DNA of 64,000 bases from an uncultured archaeon (GTDB lineage Archaea; Aenigmatarchaeota; Aenigmatarchaeia; CG10238-14; SCSR01). Where the stretch lies: assembly GCA_964372485.1 (NCBI GenBank), contig CAYJQI010000001.1:323110-387109 (forward strand), written 5' to 3'. Below the pieces are notes generated by a model. The model ran no database searches. It was not told where the DNA came from and saw nothing but the letters and a program-made list of their open reading frames with translations. Made by a program: the position numbers and the translations under genes. Shown in pieces: positions 1 to 10,481 of the stretch (position 1 is the stretch's first letter; every line of letters starts with the position of its first letter).

Positions 1-12
1 AAATTAAATAAC

Positions 13-339
13 TCATCCGATTAGTCGTAACTGATTTGATGAGTATGATCTAGTTTTTTCGGAGATAACCGCTGAAACATTCGTCACAGGTAAACATTCA
101 CCATATAACAAAAGAGGTGCTGATTCGACGGGAAGAACTTGAGTTCCTCGAGAAAATTGCAATGTCCTACCAGCCCCCCATGCCGAACTTGATATAACTG
201 TAGCATTTCTATATCTTAGAGAGCCACCTGCCGGACTTGACACTTCCTTTATACCGTCAGGTAGAAAATAATCGCCATCAAAACAGAACAAACTTCCAAC
301 TTCCATAACATCTATGGGTTTAACAGGCACAGTATCCAA
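13..339 (-). CDS. Hypothetical protein (108 aa), GC-elevated relative to neighbours.
   Basis: Complete ORF, divergent from mre11. No recognisable motif. Local GC is about 42 %, against about 30 % in the surrounding genome. Confidence 0.3.
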   Translation of the reverse strand: MDTVPVKPIDVMEVGSLFCFDGDYFLPDGIKEVSSPAGGSLRYRNATVISSSAWGAGRTLQFSRGTQVLPVESAPLLLYGECLPVTNVSAVISEKTRSYSSNQLRLIG

Positions 340-405
340 ATTCTATTTAGTTCGTCAGCTTATAAACTTTTCATGGATAAATAAATTTAGTTACAGTTTA
401 GTAGT

Positions 406-1653
406 ATGAAAATTTCGATCTTGTCAGATTTACACTTTGGATATTCTTATTCAACCGAACTGGATAATGATTCTTTCGATAATGCAGAAGAAGCTATACA
501 GAAATCACTTGATTCAGATATTATAATTCTTGCTGGTGATATTTTTGATATTCGTGCGCCTAAGACACAAACATGGGGGAAGGCCTTGAAGATATTATCA
601 AAACCACTTCTTCAAGAGAGTTCAGGTGTAAGTCTAGTAGAAACAGACAAGCAACTTAAAGACATATCCAAACGGACTTTGAATCATATTCCTGTCATAT
701 CAATTCACGGTAACCATGAACGTCTCGTTAAAGGTGATGTTAATACAGTTGAAGCTTTGGAGAATGCAGGATTGGTTATTCATCTCCATCTCAATACGAT
801 AATTTTTGAAAAAAATGGAACAAAAGTTGCAATACATGGAATGTCCTCAGTTCCTGAAAGATATGCTAAAGAAGTTCTTGATAGATGGAATCCTAAACCT
901 GTAGAAGGCTGTGTTAACATTCTTTTAATTCATCAAAGTATCGATCCTTACATTTATTCTCCCTTAGAACCACCAAGTATCAGTCTTTCGAACCTTCCAA
1001 AAGGATTTGATTTGATAATCAATGGTCATCTTCACGGACACAACGTAGAAAAGATAGATGACAAAACCACTTTGATAATGCCGGGAAGTACGGTGATAAC
1101 ACAATTTGAAAAAAATGAAGCGGTAACAGAAAAAGTAATTGCGCGAGCCATTATTGAGAATAATGTAGTTATAACGGAATTTGTACCTTTAGAAACAAAT
1201 AGGAAATTCTATTACGAGGAACTCGAACTTCAACAATCATCATTAACAGTGAGAGATCAAGTAGAGAGAAAGTTGGCACAGGTCATAGCGATGGCTGGGA
1301 ATAACAAAAAACCTGTGGTCAGATTACGTCTAAAGGGAAACGAATTTAATGTAATGGACAGCGAACTCAGGAATATAGAAAATAAATTCTCCGATAAGGC
1401 AATTTTGATACTTGTAAAGGAATTGGAATCCCAGGAAATTGCAGAGAAACGAGAACTTTTGAAAAGTTTACGTGAACAAAAGATGTCAATTGAAGAAATG
1501 GGACTTAATTTACTGAATAAAAATCTAGAAGAATTTGGAGCTGAGAAATCTATGGACTATGATACTTTATTCCATCTATTAAGCGATGACCAGACGGATA
1601 GTGTATTGAATATTTTACTTGGCGAACAAGCAACGTTGCAAAGATCATTATGA
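406..1653 (+). CDS. mre11: DNA double-strand-break repair nuclease Mre11.
   Basis: Calcineurin-like phosphoesterase motifs (DLHFG, GDIFD, HGNHE, GHLH). Start of rad50 overlaps its end by 4 nt. Confidence 0.9.
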   Translation: MKISILSDLHFGYSYSTELDNDSFDNAEEAIQKSLDSDIIILAGDIFDIRAPKTQTWGKALKILSKPLLQESSGVSLVETDKQLKDISKRTLNHIPVISIHGNHERLVKGDVNTVEALENAGLVIHLHLNTIIFEKNGTKVAIHGMSSVPERYAKEVLDRWNPKPVEGCVNILLIHQSIDPYIYSPLEPPSISLSNLPKGFDLIINGHLHGHNVEKIDDKTTLIMPGSTVITQFEKNEAVTEKVIARAIIENNVVITEFVPLETNRKFYYEELELQQSSLTVRDQVERKLAQVIAMAGNNKKPVVRLRLKGNEFNVMDSELRNIENKFSDKAILILVKELESQEIAEKRELLKSLREQKMSIEEMGLNLLNKNLEEFGAEKSMDYDTLFHLLSDDQTDSVLNILLGEQATLQRSL

Positions 1654-4016
1654 TTACAAAAGTAATATTGAAGAATTGGAGATCGCATCAGAATTCCACA
1701 TTGGGATTTTCTCCAGGAACTAATGCACTCATTGGAATAATGGGTAGCGGAAAAAGTTCAATATTGAATGCGATTTGTTTTGGTCTCTTTGGCACTAATC
1801 CAGAAATACAATCAAGAAAATTAAAACTAGACGAACTAATAACAAACAAACCAACACCTAAAGATCTTGCTGAAATAGAAGTATTTTTCAAAGTTGATGG
1901 AACTGAATATTCTGTGAAAAGAATAATTGAAAAAAGAAAAGGTACGTCATATTCTGAATTGCGAGTAAATGGGAAATTGCAAGAAGCACCTAGTACACAA
2001 AGAGTCAATGAACTTGTGGAAAAAATAATGAAAGTCGATTATGAACTTTTTAGCAAAGCAATCTATTCCGAACAAAACGCAATGGATTATTTCCTAACTA
2101 TTCCTAAAGGTCAACGAATGAGAAAGATCGATGAATTATTGATGATTGACAAATTTGAAAGGGCAAGAAGTAACACAATTTCATTAATAAACAGAATAAT
2201 AGAAAGAAAATCTGCAATGGAATCGTCACTTACGAATGTTAACATGACTGAACTTCAAAATACGATCGATAATCTAAAATCTTCTGTTGAAAATATTGTT
2301 AATGAGAAAGTTCAAATTGAAAAAAATATAAAACAAATCTCTCTTGAAAGAGCAACCTTGGAAAAGGAACTTCAGACTTTCTATAAAACTAAAGACAATT
2401 TTGATACTTTGAAAAGAGAAGAAATAGCTTTCTCAAGTGCAATCAATGAAATAGCATCTACTCTTAAAAAACTGGAGGAGTCATTAAAGGGAGTGAATGG
2501 GGATGATATAGAGAAAAATATAAAATCATTTTCAGATATTTCAACAAAATTAGAACAAACCTTTGCTGAAAGACAGGAAGAATATCATAAACTTGCAGAG
2601 CAATTTTCTAAAGCTAAAGCTGAAGCAGAAATGTACAAAAGAGAAACAATAAGTCGATTACAAAATGAGCTTGAGGAAAAACTTCAATTACAAAGGGATG
2701 CGAACAAATTCAAGAAGCAGATAGGTGGCAGTGTCGACAAGATAATGGAGGAGAAGAAGAAACTAGTTGAAAAGTACGTTGGTAAAATGGAAGCAATGCG
2801 AATTAAAATTGAGGATGCTACGAACATAATAGATCAATTGTCTTCCATAAAAGCAAAATGTCCAATATGTGAAGCAAAAATTACTGAAGCTAGAAAAATA
2901 ATTTTGATCAAGCAAAAGAAAGTTCAAGTTAAGGATTTGTATGAAGAAATGGAACATGCAGCGAAGCAAAAACAAATGAGTGAACAAGATCTCAAGGATC
3001 TTGAAATGTCGATTGTTAAATTAAATAGAATACTGGACGAAATAGAAAATTTGGATGCTATAAAGTCAAATCTGGAAAATGCTGAACATATATACAAAGT
3101 GTTAGAAGAAAGTTCTTTGAAACTAGAGAAGGAAATAAAAACTACACGAATAGATCTTGAAAAAATGTCGAAAACCCTATCAGAAACACGAAGTGAAAAA
3201 CAAAAGTATGATTTGATATCATTACAAATGAAAGATTATGAAACCAAGAAATCCAGAATAAATGAATTGATTAGACAAAGAGATGAAATAAACCGTCATC
3301 TACAAACTTTGGAAAAATTGGTAACAGGAAAAGAATCATCTTCTTTGGAGACAAGTTTGAGGAATCTTGTAGGTCAAGAAAGAGAACTGATGGCTAAATT
3401 AGCTGCTTTAGACCAAATTTTACTAGAAAGAGAAGTACGATTGAAGGAATTGGATTCTACCTTTACCAAAACTACAAAAGAAAGACAGAATATAAAGAAA
3501 TTCGAGGATTTGTCCGTACAATTAAAGATTTTTGAAAAATCACTCGAACAAACACAGATACAATTACGTCAAGAATTCATAACACTCGTCAATTATTCCA
3601 TGTCTCAATTATGGCAGACGCTTTATCCATATCAGGATTTCACAGGAATACGGTTGAATATTGATGAAGGAGATTATGTTTTGCAACTGCAATCACGAAA
3701 TGAATGGGTAAATGTTGAAGGTATTGCATCAGGTGGTGAGAGAAGTATAGCGGCTTTGACATTGAGGATTGCATTTTCCCTAGTTCTGGCGCCTAACCTT
3801 AGGATGATATTCTTGGACGAGCCTACACATAATCTAGATTCCAATGCCGTTGCTATGCTTTCATCTGTATTAAGGGAAAGAATAAATGAATTCATCGATC
3901 AGACATTTCTAATAACACACCAAAGCGAACTGGAGGAAGCTGTTACAGGCATGGCTTATCGATTGGAAAGAGATAAAGTAAATGATGGATATACTCAGAT
4001 CACACAATTAAATTAG
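1650..4016 (+). CDS. rad50: DNA double-strand-break repair ATPase Rad50.
   Basis: Walker A (GSGKSS), long coiled coil with a CPICEAK zinc hook, ABC signature (SGGERS) and Walker B (IFLDEP). Confidence 0.9.
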   Translation: MITKVILKNWRSHQNSTLGFSPGTNALIGIMGSGKSSILNAICFGLFGTNPEIQSRKLKLDELITNKPTPKDLAEIEVFFKVDGTEYSVKRIIEKRKGTSYSELRVNGKLQEAPSTQRVNELVEKIMKVDYELFSKAIYSEQNAMDYFLTIPKGQRMRKIDELLMIDKFERARSNTISLINRIIERKSAMESSLTNVNMTELQNTIDNLKSSVENIVNEKVQIEKNIKQISLERATLEKELQTFYKTKDNFDTLKREEIAFSSAINEIASTLKKLEESLKGVNGDDIEKNIKSFSDISTKLEQTFAERQEEYHKLAEQFSKAKAEAEMYKRETISRLQNELEEKLQLQRDANKFKKQIGGSVDKIMEEKKKLVEKYVGKMEAMRIKIEDATNIIDQLSSIKAKCPICEAKITEARKIILIKQKKVQVKDLYEEMEHAAKQKQMSEQDLKDLEMSIVKLNRILDEIENLDAIKSNLENAEHIYKVLEESSLKLEKEIKTTRIDLEKMSKTLSETRSEKQKYDLISLQMKDYETKKSRINELIRQRDEINRHLQTLEKLVTGKESSSLETSLRNLVGQERELMAKLAALDQILLEREVRLKELDSTFTKTTKERQNIKKFEDLSVQLKIFEKSLEQTQIQLRQEFITLVNYSMSQLWQTLYPYQDFTGIRLNIDEGDYVLQLQSRNEWVNVEGIASGGERSIAALTLRIAFSLVLAPNLRMIFLDEPTHNLDSNAVAMLSSVLRERINEFIDQTFLITHQSELEEAVTGMAYRLERDKVNDGYTQITQLN

Positions 4017-4048
4017 AATTTTATTACCCGGCAAATCAATTTTATTAT

Positions 4049-4444
4049 ATGAAATCTCAGGTCGCTCTAGAGTATCTTATGGTTATTGGGTTGGCATTGA
4101 TCGTTGTAATACCGTTCTTCTATTATGCATTAACGAATTCATCGGATTCCGTTCTTGTAGCTCAAACTCAGGATGTTGTAGATACTTTAGCAAAAACAAG
4201 TGACTATGTTTATTCTTTAGGTACTGGATCATCTACAAAAATTGAGATAACAATACCTGAAAATATTAAACGCAGTGCTTTGGAAGGTCATCTTATCATA
4301 CTCGAATTGCATACTAGTTCTGGTGTTACAAATGTTACGGCTTCTTCACGTGCAAATTTGATTGGCACTATACCGATAGAATCAGCTACATATTCAATAT
4401 TAGTCAATATGACAGGATCAAATGTGGAAATTAAGAAGGTTTAG
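4049..4444 (+). CDS. Pilin-like protein with a class III (type IV prepilin-like) signal peptide.
   Basis: N-terminus MKSQVALEYL followed by a hydrophobic helix (DUF361-like QxxLEY motif). Lies 32 nt after rad50. Confidence 0.6.
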   Translation: MKSQVALEYLMVIGLALIVVIPFFYYALTNSSDSVLVAQTQDVVDTLAKTSDYVYSLGTGSSTKIEITIPENIKRSALEGHLIILELHTSSGVTNVTASSRANLIGTIPIESATYSILVNMTGSNVEIKKV

Positions 4445-4446
4445 TT

Positions 4447-4860
4447 ATGAAAGGTCAGAGTGGATTTGAAGTCCTTATAGCAATCTCTTTAGTTCTGATA
4501 CTTTTAATTTTTTCCATAATAGCATATGTGACAAAACGCGGGGAGGTGGATTTTACACGAGAACATATAGAAGCACAAACAATTTGTTTTGAAATCAAAA
4601 ATGTGATAAATCAAATATTTTCTGATGGACCTGGTGCGAATTTGCCATTGAATGTTTCCAGTAAATTGGAAGATAATGATTTTAACGTGACTGTTAATTC
4701 TCCTAGCCGATCCATATCCGTTGAATGGAAAGGAAATGTATTTTCATGTACGATGGTCGTTCAAAATGTCACTAACAGTACTTTCAGTAAAATTTTCAAT
4801 ATAAAAAGCGGAACGTCGACTATAAAAAATGTTGAGGGAGTTGTTGTAATTGAACCGTAA
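4447..4860 (+). CDS. Pilin-like protein with a class III signal peptide.
   Basis: MKGQSGFEVL followed by a hydrophobic stretch. KG|Q is a PibD/EppA-type cleavage motif. Confidence 0.65.
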   Translation: MKGQSGFEVLIAISLVLILLIFSIIAYVTKRGEVDFTREHIEAQTICFEIKNVINQIFSDGPGANLPLNVSSKLEDNDFNVTVNSPSRSISVEWKGNVFSCTMVVQNVTNSTFSKIFNIKSGTSTIKNVEGVVVIEP

Positions 4861-5353
4861 AGGACAATTTATCACGACAGAACTTTTGGTAACAATGTCA
4901 ATTATAATATTTTTGTTCATTGTTGCTACATTCATGTGGAATACCATATCGGACAAAATTGTTGAAAACAGGGTAAGAAATGAAGTAAGAACTACTGCTA
5001 TAGATGTTTCCGATCAACTTTTAAAATCTAGTGGTGTCCCATCTGATTGGGAAACAAGGCCAGGTCAAAATTTTTCTATAGGACTAGTGGATAGAGACAA
5101 TAAACTAAACATAAATAAGACTTTGGAATTGAAAAAAATGAATTACCCTTCACTCAAAACTTCGCTAGGTGTATCTGCATATGGATTCTATTTTAAAGTT
5201 ACTGACCTTTTTGGAAATATTTTAAGTTATTCTGGAAATAATCTTGATGCCGGTTTAAAACCAACTTCAAATGCTAGTATGATAGTAAATTCCAAACGCC
5301 TAGCAATATGGAACAACAATATAGTTTCTGTGGATGTGGTATTATGGCTATGA
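4850..5353 (+). CDS. Pilin-like protein with a class III signal peptide.
   Basis: MNRKGQFITTELL followed by a TM helix. Overlaps the upstream gene by 11 nt. Confidence 0.6.
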   Translation: MNRKGQFITTELLVTMSIIIFLFIVATFMWNTISDKIVENRVRNEVRTTAIDVSDQLLKSSGVPSDWETRPGQNFSIGLVDRDNKLNINKTLELKKMNYPSLKTSLGVSAYGFYFKVTDLFGNILSYSGNNLDAGLKPTSNASMIVNSKRLAIWNNNIVSVDVVLWL

Positions 5354-6867
5354 GACATGGATTTGTTTTTAGCTTAGATACAGCTCTGGCAATTACGATT
5401 GCAATATTTTTAATTGCAGGAACTTTTTATTTTCTCAATGCCAATGAATCTGATGCGTTCAGTAGGTTATACATGACAAAATTTGCAAATGATCTTCTGA
5501 TAACCGCCGATAAAAATGGAACACTCGAAACATTGAACACGTCTTTCATAAGGAATATGTTATCCAATACGATCGCATCAAATTTTGCTTCTAAAATTAC
5601 AATCGATTCATATCAATGCTTTAATCAACAATGTCAAAATTTCAGCAAGACAAACACTACCATAATGTTCATTCCAACTGCAAAAATAGATGTTGTGCTT
5701 GTGTTTGACACATCGGGAAGTATGGATGATGATGGTATAGAGCAGTCTCCAGGAGTTTGTTTTAATCAACGGCAACCTATTTGTGATGCAAAAGAAGCTG
5801 CAAAAGGCTTTATTGATTTATTAGATCCTGTCAATGACAGATCTGGATTGGTTGCTTTTAATACTACTGCCATATTATCCAACCCTCTTACATATAATCA
5901 TGTGTCAATTAAAAATGGGTTGACAAACCTTGTTGCAAGTGGTAATACGGCTATAGGGGACGGAATAAATGTTGCAAATCAAGAACTTCAAAGTAACGGA
6001 AGACAAGATTCAAAATATTTTATAATACTTTTAACAGATGGTATGAACAATCAGGGGCTAGAACCGCTCATGGCTACCGACGATTCTGTGGATATTGGAG
6101 TTCCAATTTATACTATAGGATTAGGTGAAGATGTGAATGTAGAGCAACTTCAAACTATTGCAAATACTTCAGGAGGAAAATATTACTTTGCACCTACCAG
6201 TGATCAATTGGAAGGTATCTATAATGAAATAGCTGCGGATATTTTCGGAGAAGCTGATAATTATGTTATTGCACGGAGAAGTTTCCTTACTTTCGACAGT
6301 AATCGAATCAAATATTTCAACATTGCTGAAATACGAATGTGGTTGAGAGATATAATAACAGAGTTCCATCCAAAAAGTGTTTTCTATCATAGTTTTGAAG
6401 ATTTAGGTTGTGAGGGCGAAAATTGTTTCAATACTACGGTTTGGGATCCAATAGAAAGAGGTGGTGATAATAATGAAGCTACAACGCAAGATGCTCGTTC
6501 TTACACTGGCGATTTTTCTGCTGAACTGGAGGAAGGCGATGAAGGAGAAGTTGCACTTACCACTGCGGCAGGGTTAATAAATTTGGCTGGTTATTCGAGC
6601 TGTACTCTAAAACTATATGTTAATTTAGACAGTAACTGGGAAACGACTGATGATATTTTCCTAGACATATACGATGGCAGTTGGCACTATGGGGTTCTAA
6701 AAATAGACGGTGACCTGATCGATGATGATGAATGGCATCGTTTCAAGTTTTCCTTCACTTCACAGAACTATGTCTTCGATAACAATTTCCGATTAAGGAT
6801 AGATCATGAAGCGAGTGATGATAACGAAGAAGCATTTTACGATGATATAAGAATATTATGTTCCTAG
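5344..6867 (+). CDS. vWA (MIDAS) domain protein with a pilin-like N-terminus. Putative pilus adhesin.
   Basis: MAMRHG|FVFSLDTALAITIAI pilin-like N-terminus. vWA motifs DVVLVFDTSGSMDDD and LLTDGMNN. The track start at 5308 is probably an over-extension. Confidence 0.65.
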   Translation: MAMRHGFVFSLDTALAITIAIFLIAGTFYFLNANESDAFSRLYMTKFANDLLITADKNGTLETLNTSFIRNMLSNTIASNFASKITIDSYQCFNQQCQNFSKTNTTIMFIPTAKIDVVLVFDTSGSMDDDGIEQSPGVCFNQRQPICDAKEAAKGFIDLLDPVNDRSGLVAFNTTAILSNPLTYNHVSIKNGLTNLVASGNTAIGDGINVANQELQSNGRQDSKYFIILLTDGMNNQGLEPLMATDDSVDIGVPIYTIGLGEDVNVEQLQTIANTSGGKYYFAPTSDQLEGIYNEIAADIFGEADNYVIARRSFLTFDSNRIKYFNIAEIRMWLRDIITEFHPKSVFYHSFEDLGCEGENCFNTTVWDPIERGGDNNEATTQDARSYTGDFSAELEEGDEGEVALTTAAGLINLAGYSSCTLKLYVNLDSNWETTDDIFLDIYDGSWHYGVLKIDGDLIDDDEWHRFKFSFTSQNYVFDNNFRLRIDHEASDDNEEAFYDDIRILCS

Positions 6868-6900
6868 GATCTAATAATAAGCAAATACAATAAATAATTT

Positions 6901-7830
6901 ATGAAGGGAATTGTTTCTACGTTAATTATATTGTTAATTTTCACTGTATCTTTGTTACTTGCAATAAGCTTTTCATCTAAAACATTGGAACTGGATGATA
7001 TAGTAATACGAAATCTTGTGCTGGATAAGGTTTATAATACATTTATTTCAATAGAACATGCCGTTCAAGAATTGATGCTCTTTGTATCCCCAAATGGTGG
7101 AATTAATGTTACTATATCTGATCAAAATAACTTTACAATAGTTACTTTCAATGAAACATTACCACGATATGTAAACTCTTCTAAATTTAATGAAGATTTG
7201 GAGAACTTTGAAAGATTCGCAGAAACGAAACTAAACGAAACAAATATAGCAGTTGATTTAATTCTTGATGCTAAATGCCTTTCCTTCGTTATTCAACCAT
7301 ACAATATAACATATACACATAATCCTGGGATAGATTGTTTGAGTGTAAGTGCTCATACAGAAGTTGTTGTAGATCCACAATCCAGTTGGCAGTATGTGAA
7401 TGGATACTCGTTTATTTTCAGGCCAAATGGTAATTTATCTGGAGCATCTATTACAGGATGGAGCGGTCCAGGTTGCAATAAGCCAGGGTTAGGACTCAAT
7501 ATAACTATCGCAGGTAAAGATATCACATTAGGTCCTTCTGCGACTACCAGCAATTACAATAGAATGTGTAGATACAATATTGATGATATATCATGCCCGG
7601 CTGGATTAGGCTATATTCACCTTATCCATAATCAAAATTCCGACGTTACCGATAATGGTGTAGTAGATATAGAAATTCATCCTAATTGCAACATTACGTC
7701 GGCAGTGTCATTGAATTTGACTAAAACAACAGGAAAGGTAAGCGTAGAGTCACTTTTCCAAAAAATAAAGATAAAGGAAACCCTATATAGAATAGAAAAG
7801 AATGACACAATCCGGAATATTGGTGGTTAG
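6901..7830 (+). CDS. Secreted, sequon-rich protein with a pilin-like N-terminal TM segment.
   Basis: MKG|IVSTLIILLIF N-terminus, many N-x-S/T sequons and six Cys. Confidence 0.45.
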   Translation: MKGIVSTLIILLIFTVSLLLAISFSSKTLELDDIVIRNLVLDKVYNTFISIEHAVQELMLFVSPNGGINVTISDQNNFTIVTFNETLPRYVNSSKFNEDLENFERFAETKLNETNIAVDLILDAKCLSFVIQPYNITYTHNPGIDCLSVSAHTEVVVDPQSSWQYVNGYSFIFRPNGNLSGASITGWSGPGCNKPGLGLNITIAGKDITLGPSATTSNYNRMCRYNIDDISCPAGLGYIHLIHNQNSDVTDNGVVDIEIHPNCNITSAVSLNLTKTTGKVSVESLFQKIKIKETLYRIEKNDTIRNIGG

Positions 7831-8952
7831 TTGAGAACTATAATGGATATTATAAAAGATCTTTTGAATCGACGTCAAAAGCAAGTTGAAATCACACTTT
7901 CAGAGCCAATAGAACCTCCATCACAACCAATTAGAAAAGTTAAGAGAAGGGTTAAACGGGTTAGAAGAACAAAAGCAAAAATAAAAACTACTCGTACAAA
8001 ATCAGTTGTGAAAATTAAACCACCTCGAATAAGCACCGTTGCACCTGAGAAAGAAATTGAAATACCCAAAATTCAAGTTTCTTCAGTAGAGAAATTGCAA
8101 AAAATTCTAGAACAAAGTGATCTATCAACTTCTCCAAAACAAGAAAGTAATGTAATAAAACCTGCTCAAAAAAGTCGGTTTCATCTTAGTTTTCCATCAT
8201 TTCGAAGAATAAACAAATCTAGCGAACAAAAATTGCGATCACCAATTCCACATAAAACTAAAAAAGAATCATTTGTAACAAAAATTCCTACAGAGCATAT
8301 CACAGAAGCTATTGTTGCCGATGTTATGTCACGAGATGTTAGTTCATTAGAACCGAATGATACAATAAGTTACGCGATCAGATTATTTTCAGATAGAAAA
8401 ATAAGTGGTGCCCCAGTGGTGAAAGGTACCAATTTGGTAGGTATGTTGGTTGAATCTGATATAATAAAACTCATAGGAAGCAAGGAACTTTTATTAGGTC
8501 AGGGAAAGGGACTGAAATCTCTCGGGGAGATTAAAGTGGAAGGTGTTATGCATAGAAATCCAATTACTGTGCGTGAGTATACAAAATTATCTGAAGTAGC
8601 GGATTTGATGAATAAATACGGAATCACACAAATACCAGTTTTAGATGAGCGACGAGAATTAACTGGAGTTTTATCACGTAGCGATATAATGCGTGCAGTC
8701 TCCAAGAAATTATTATTCAAGTTATTACAAAAACACGAAGTACAGGAGGTTATGAAAGTAGATACGGATATTGATGAGATTCTTCAAATTGTTGAAAGGA
8801 GAGGATCGATCGGGATGGATGAAATTCAGAAAAGATTAACAATACCTGAAGACAAAATTGAAGAATGGGGTAAGATTCTAGAAAGACATAACTTGATTGA
8901 GATGTTCTATCCCCCTATTGGAAAGCCAGAATTTAGGAAGAAGATATCATGA
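7831..8952 (+). CDS. CBS-pair domain protein with a basic low-complexity N-terminus and a winged-helix-like C-terminus. Putative regulator.
   Basis: K/R-rich repeats (RKVKRRVKRVRRTKAK), two CBS-like modules (VMSRDV ... GAPVV ... GVMHRNPITV ... IPVLD). Its stop overlaps the ATPase start. Confidence 0.7.
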   Translation: MRTIMDIIKDLLNRRQKQVEITLSEPIEPPSQPIRKVKRRVKRVRRTKAKIKTTRTKSVVKIKPPRISTVAPEKEIEIPKIQVSSVEKLQKILEQSDLSTSPKQESNVIKPAQKSRFHLSFPSFRRINKSSEQKLRSPIPHKTKKESFVTKIPTEHITEAIVADVMSRDVSSLEPNDTISYAIRLFSDRKISGAPVVKGTNLVGMLVESDIIKLIGSKELLLGQGKGLKSLGEIKVEGVMHRNPITVREYTKLSEVADLMNKYGITQIPVLDERRELTGVLSRSDIMRAVSKKLLFKLLQKHEVQEVMKVDTDIDEILQIVERRGSIGMDEIQKRLTIPEDKIEEWGKILERHNLIEMFYPPIGKPEFRKKIS

Positions 8953-10481
8953 AGGAAAATGAAGTAATTGCAAAATATTTTATAGAGGGGTATAAGGTTA
9001 AAGCAGAAGTTAGTGTTGAACGAACTATAAAGGAATTTGTTCCATTATATGTTTTGAAACTCCCCGAGATACAGCCAGCCACTTTGGCTTTGATGGATCA
9101 GATAAGAGAAAAGATTTTAGCACAAGCTGCAATTAAGACGACAGAATTATTAGAACCAAAAGCTTTCGAAGACCTCAAAGTAAAATTTTATGAAAGGGCT
9201 TATGAATTAGTTAGCAGAGAATTGGCAAATGAAACTCAAAACGTGTGGCAGTTTCTTGCTGGTATGCTTGTTTATGAGATGTTGGGTTTAGGTAGATTGG
9301 AACTTTTAATTGCTGATGGGGAACTTGAGGATATTGTAATCAACAATGCAGAAGATCCGATATGGGTATATCATAGAAAACATGGATGGCTTAAAACCAA
9401 TGTTGTAGTCCCCTCAGAATCACAAATTCAAAATTATGCTGCAACAATCGGACGAAGAGTTGGTAGACAAATAACTACACTGGCTCCATTGATGGATGCT
9501 CACATGACGACAGGTGATAGGGTTAATGCCACGTTATTCCCTATCAGTACTTCTGGAAATACGATAAGCATACGAAAATTCAGGAGAAAACCATGGGTAA
9601 TTACCGAACTTTTAGAAAGCAACACATTGTCTTTGGATATAGCCGCTTTATTGTGGTTGGCGATTCAGTATGAAAGTAATGTGATTTTCTCAGGTGGAAC
9701 AGGGTCTGGTAAAACAACTTTTCTAAATGTTCTGATGCCATTTATCCCGCCAAATCAAAGAATACTCAGCATAGAAGATACACGAGAGATTCAATTACCA
9801 AGATTCTTGCACTGGGTTCCATTAACAACTAGAGAACCAAACCCTGAGGGTAAAGGTGGAGTTTCAATGTTGGACCTTCTTGTGAATAGCTTGCGTATGA
9901 GGCCAGATAGAATCGTTGTCGGTGAGATTAGAAGAGGTGAACAGGCAGAGGTTTTGTTTGAAGCAATGCATACAGGTCACAGTGTTTATGCAACACTTCA
10001 CGCAGATACAGCAGAGCAAACTTATCGAAGATTGATTAATCCACCAATTAATGTTCCGCAGACATTGTTAGAAGCATTGCATCTTATTGCGGTTGCCTTC
10101 AGAGATAGAAGAAAAGGTATACGTAGAATTTTCCAAATAGCTGAAATTGTTCCGGTAACAAAATGGGAAGAGTACAGTCCACATATTAACGTTTTGTACA
10201 AATGGAATCCTGCAGACGATATAATTAAAAAAGTTAAAGAAAGTGTGCGAGTTTTAGATGAATTGAAACTGCATACAGGAATGACTGATCAAGAATTCCA
10301 AAAGGATTTGATAGAAAAAGCATCCATCTTAAAATGGATGAAGGATAAGAAAATCAATACAGTCGATGGTGTAGGAAAAGTAGTTGTTGAATATTATTTT
10401 GACCCCGATAAAGTTTTGAGTGTTGTTAAAAAGAATGAGAATCCGACAACGCTTGTTCCACCGGCACTGCTTCAGGTGTGA
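8949..10481 (+). CDS. Type IV pilus / secretion ATPase, FlaI/TadA/VirB11 family.
   Basis: Walker A FSGGTGSGKTTFLNV, followed by IEDTREIQL and His-box-like motifs. Confidence 0.85.
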   Translation: MKENEVIAKYFIEGYKVKAEVSVERTIKEFVPLYVLKLPEIQPATLALMDQIREKILAQAAIKTTELLEPKAFEDLKVKFYERAYELVSRELANETQNVWQFLAGMLVYEMLGLGRLELLIADGELEDIVINNAEDPIWVYHRKHGWLKTNVVVPSESQIQNYAATIGRRVGRQITTLAPLMDAHMTTGDRVNATLFPISTSGNTISIRKFRRKPWVITELLESNTLSLDIAALLWLAIQYESNVIFSGGTGSGKTTFLNVLMPFIPPNQRILSIEDTREIQLPRFLHWVPLTTREPNPEGKGGVSMLDLLVNSLRMRPDRIVVGEIRRGEQAEVLFEAMHTGHSVYATLHADTAEQTYRRLINPPINVPQTLLEALHLIAVAFRDRRKGIRRIFQIAEIVPVTKWEEYSPHINVLYKWNPADDIIKKVKESVRVLDELKLHTGMTDQEFQKDLIEKASILKWMKDKKINTVDGVGKVVVEYYFDPDKVLSVVKKNENPTTLVPPALLQV

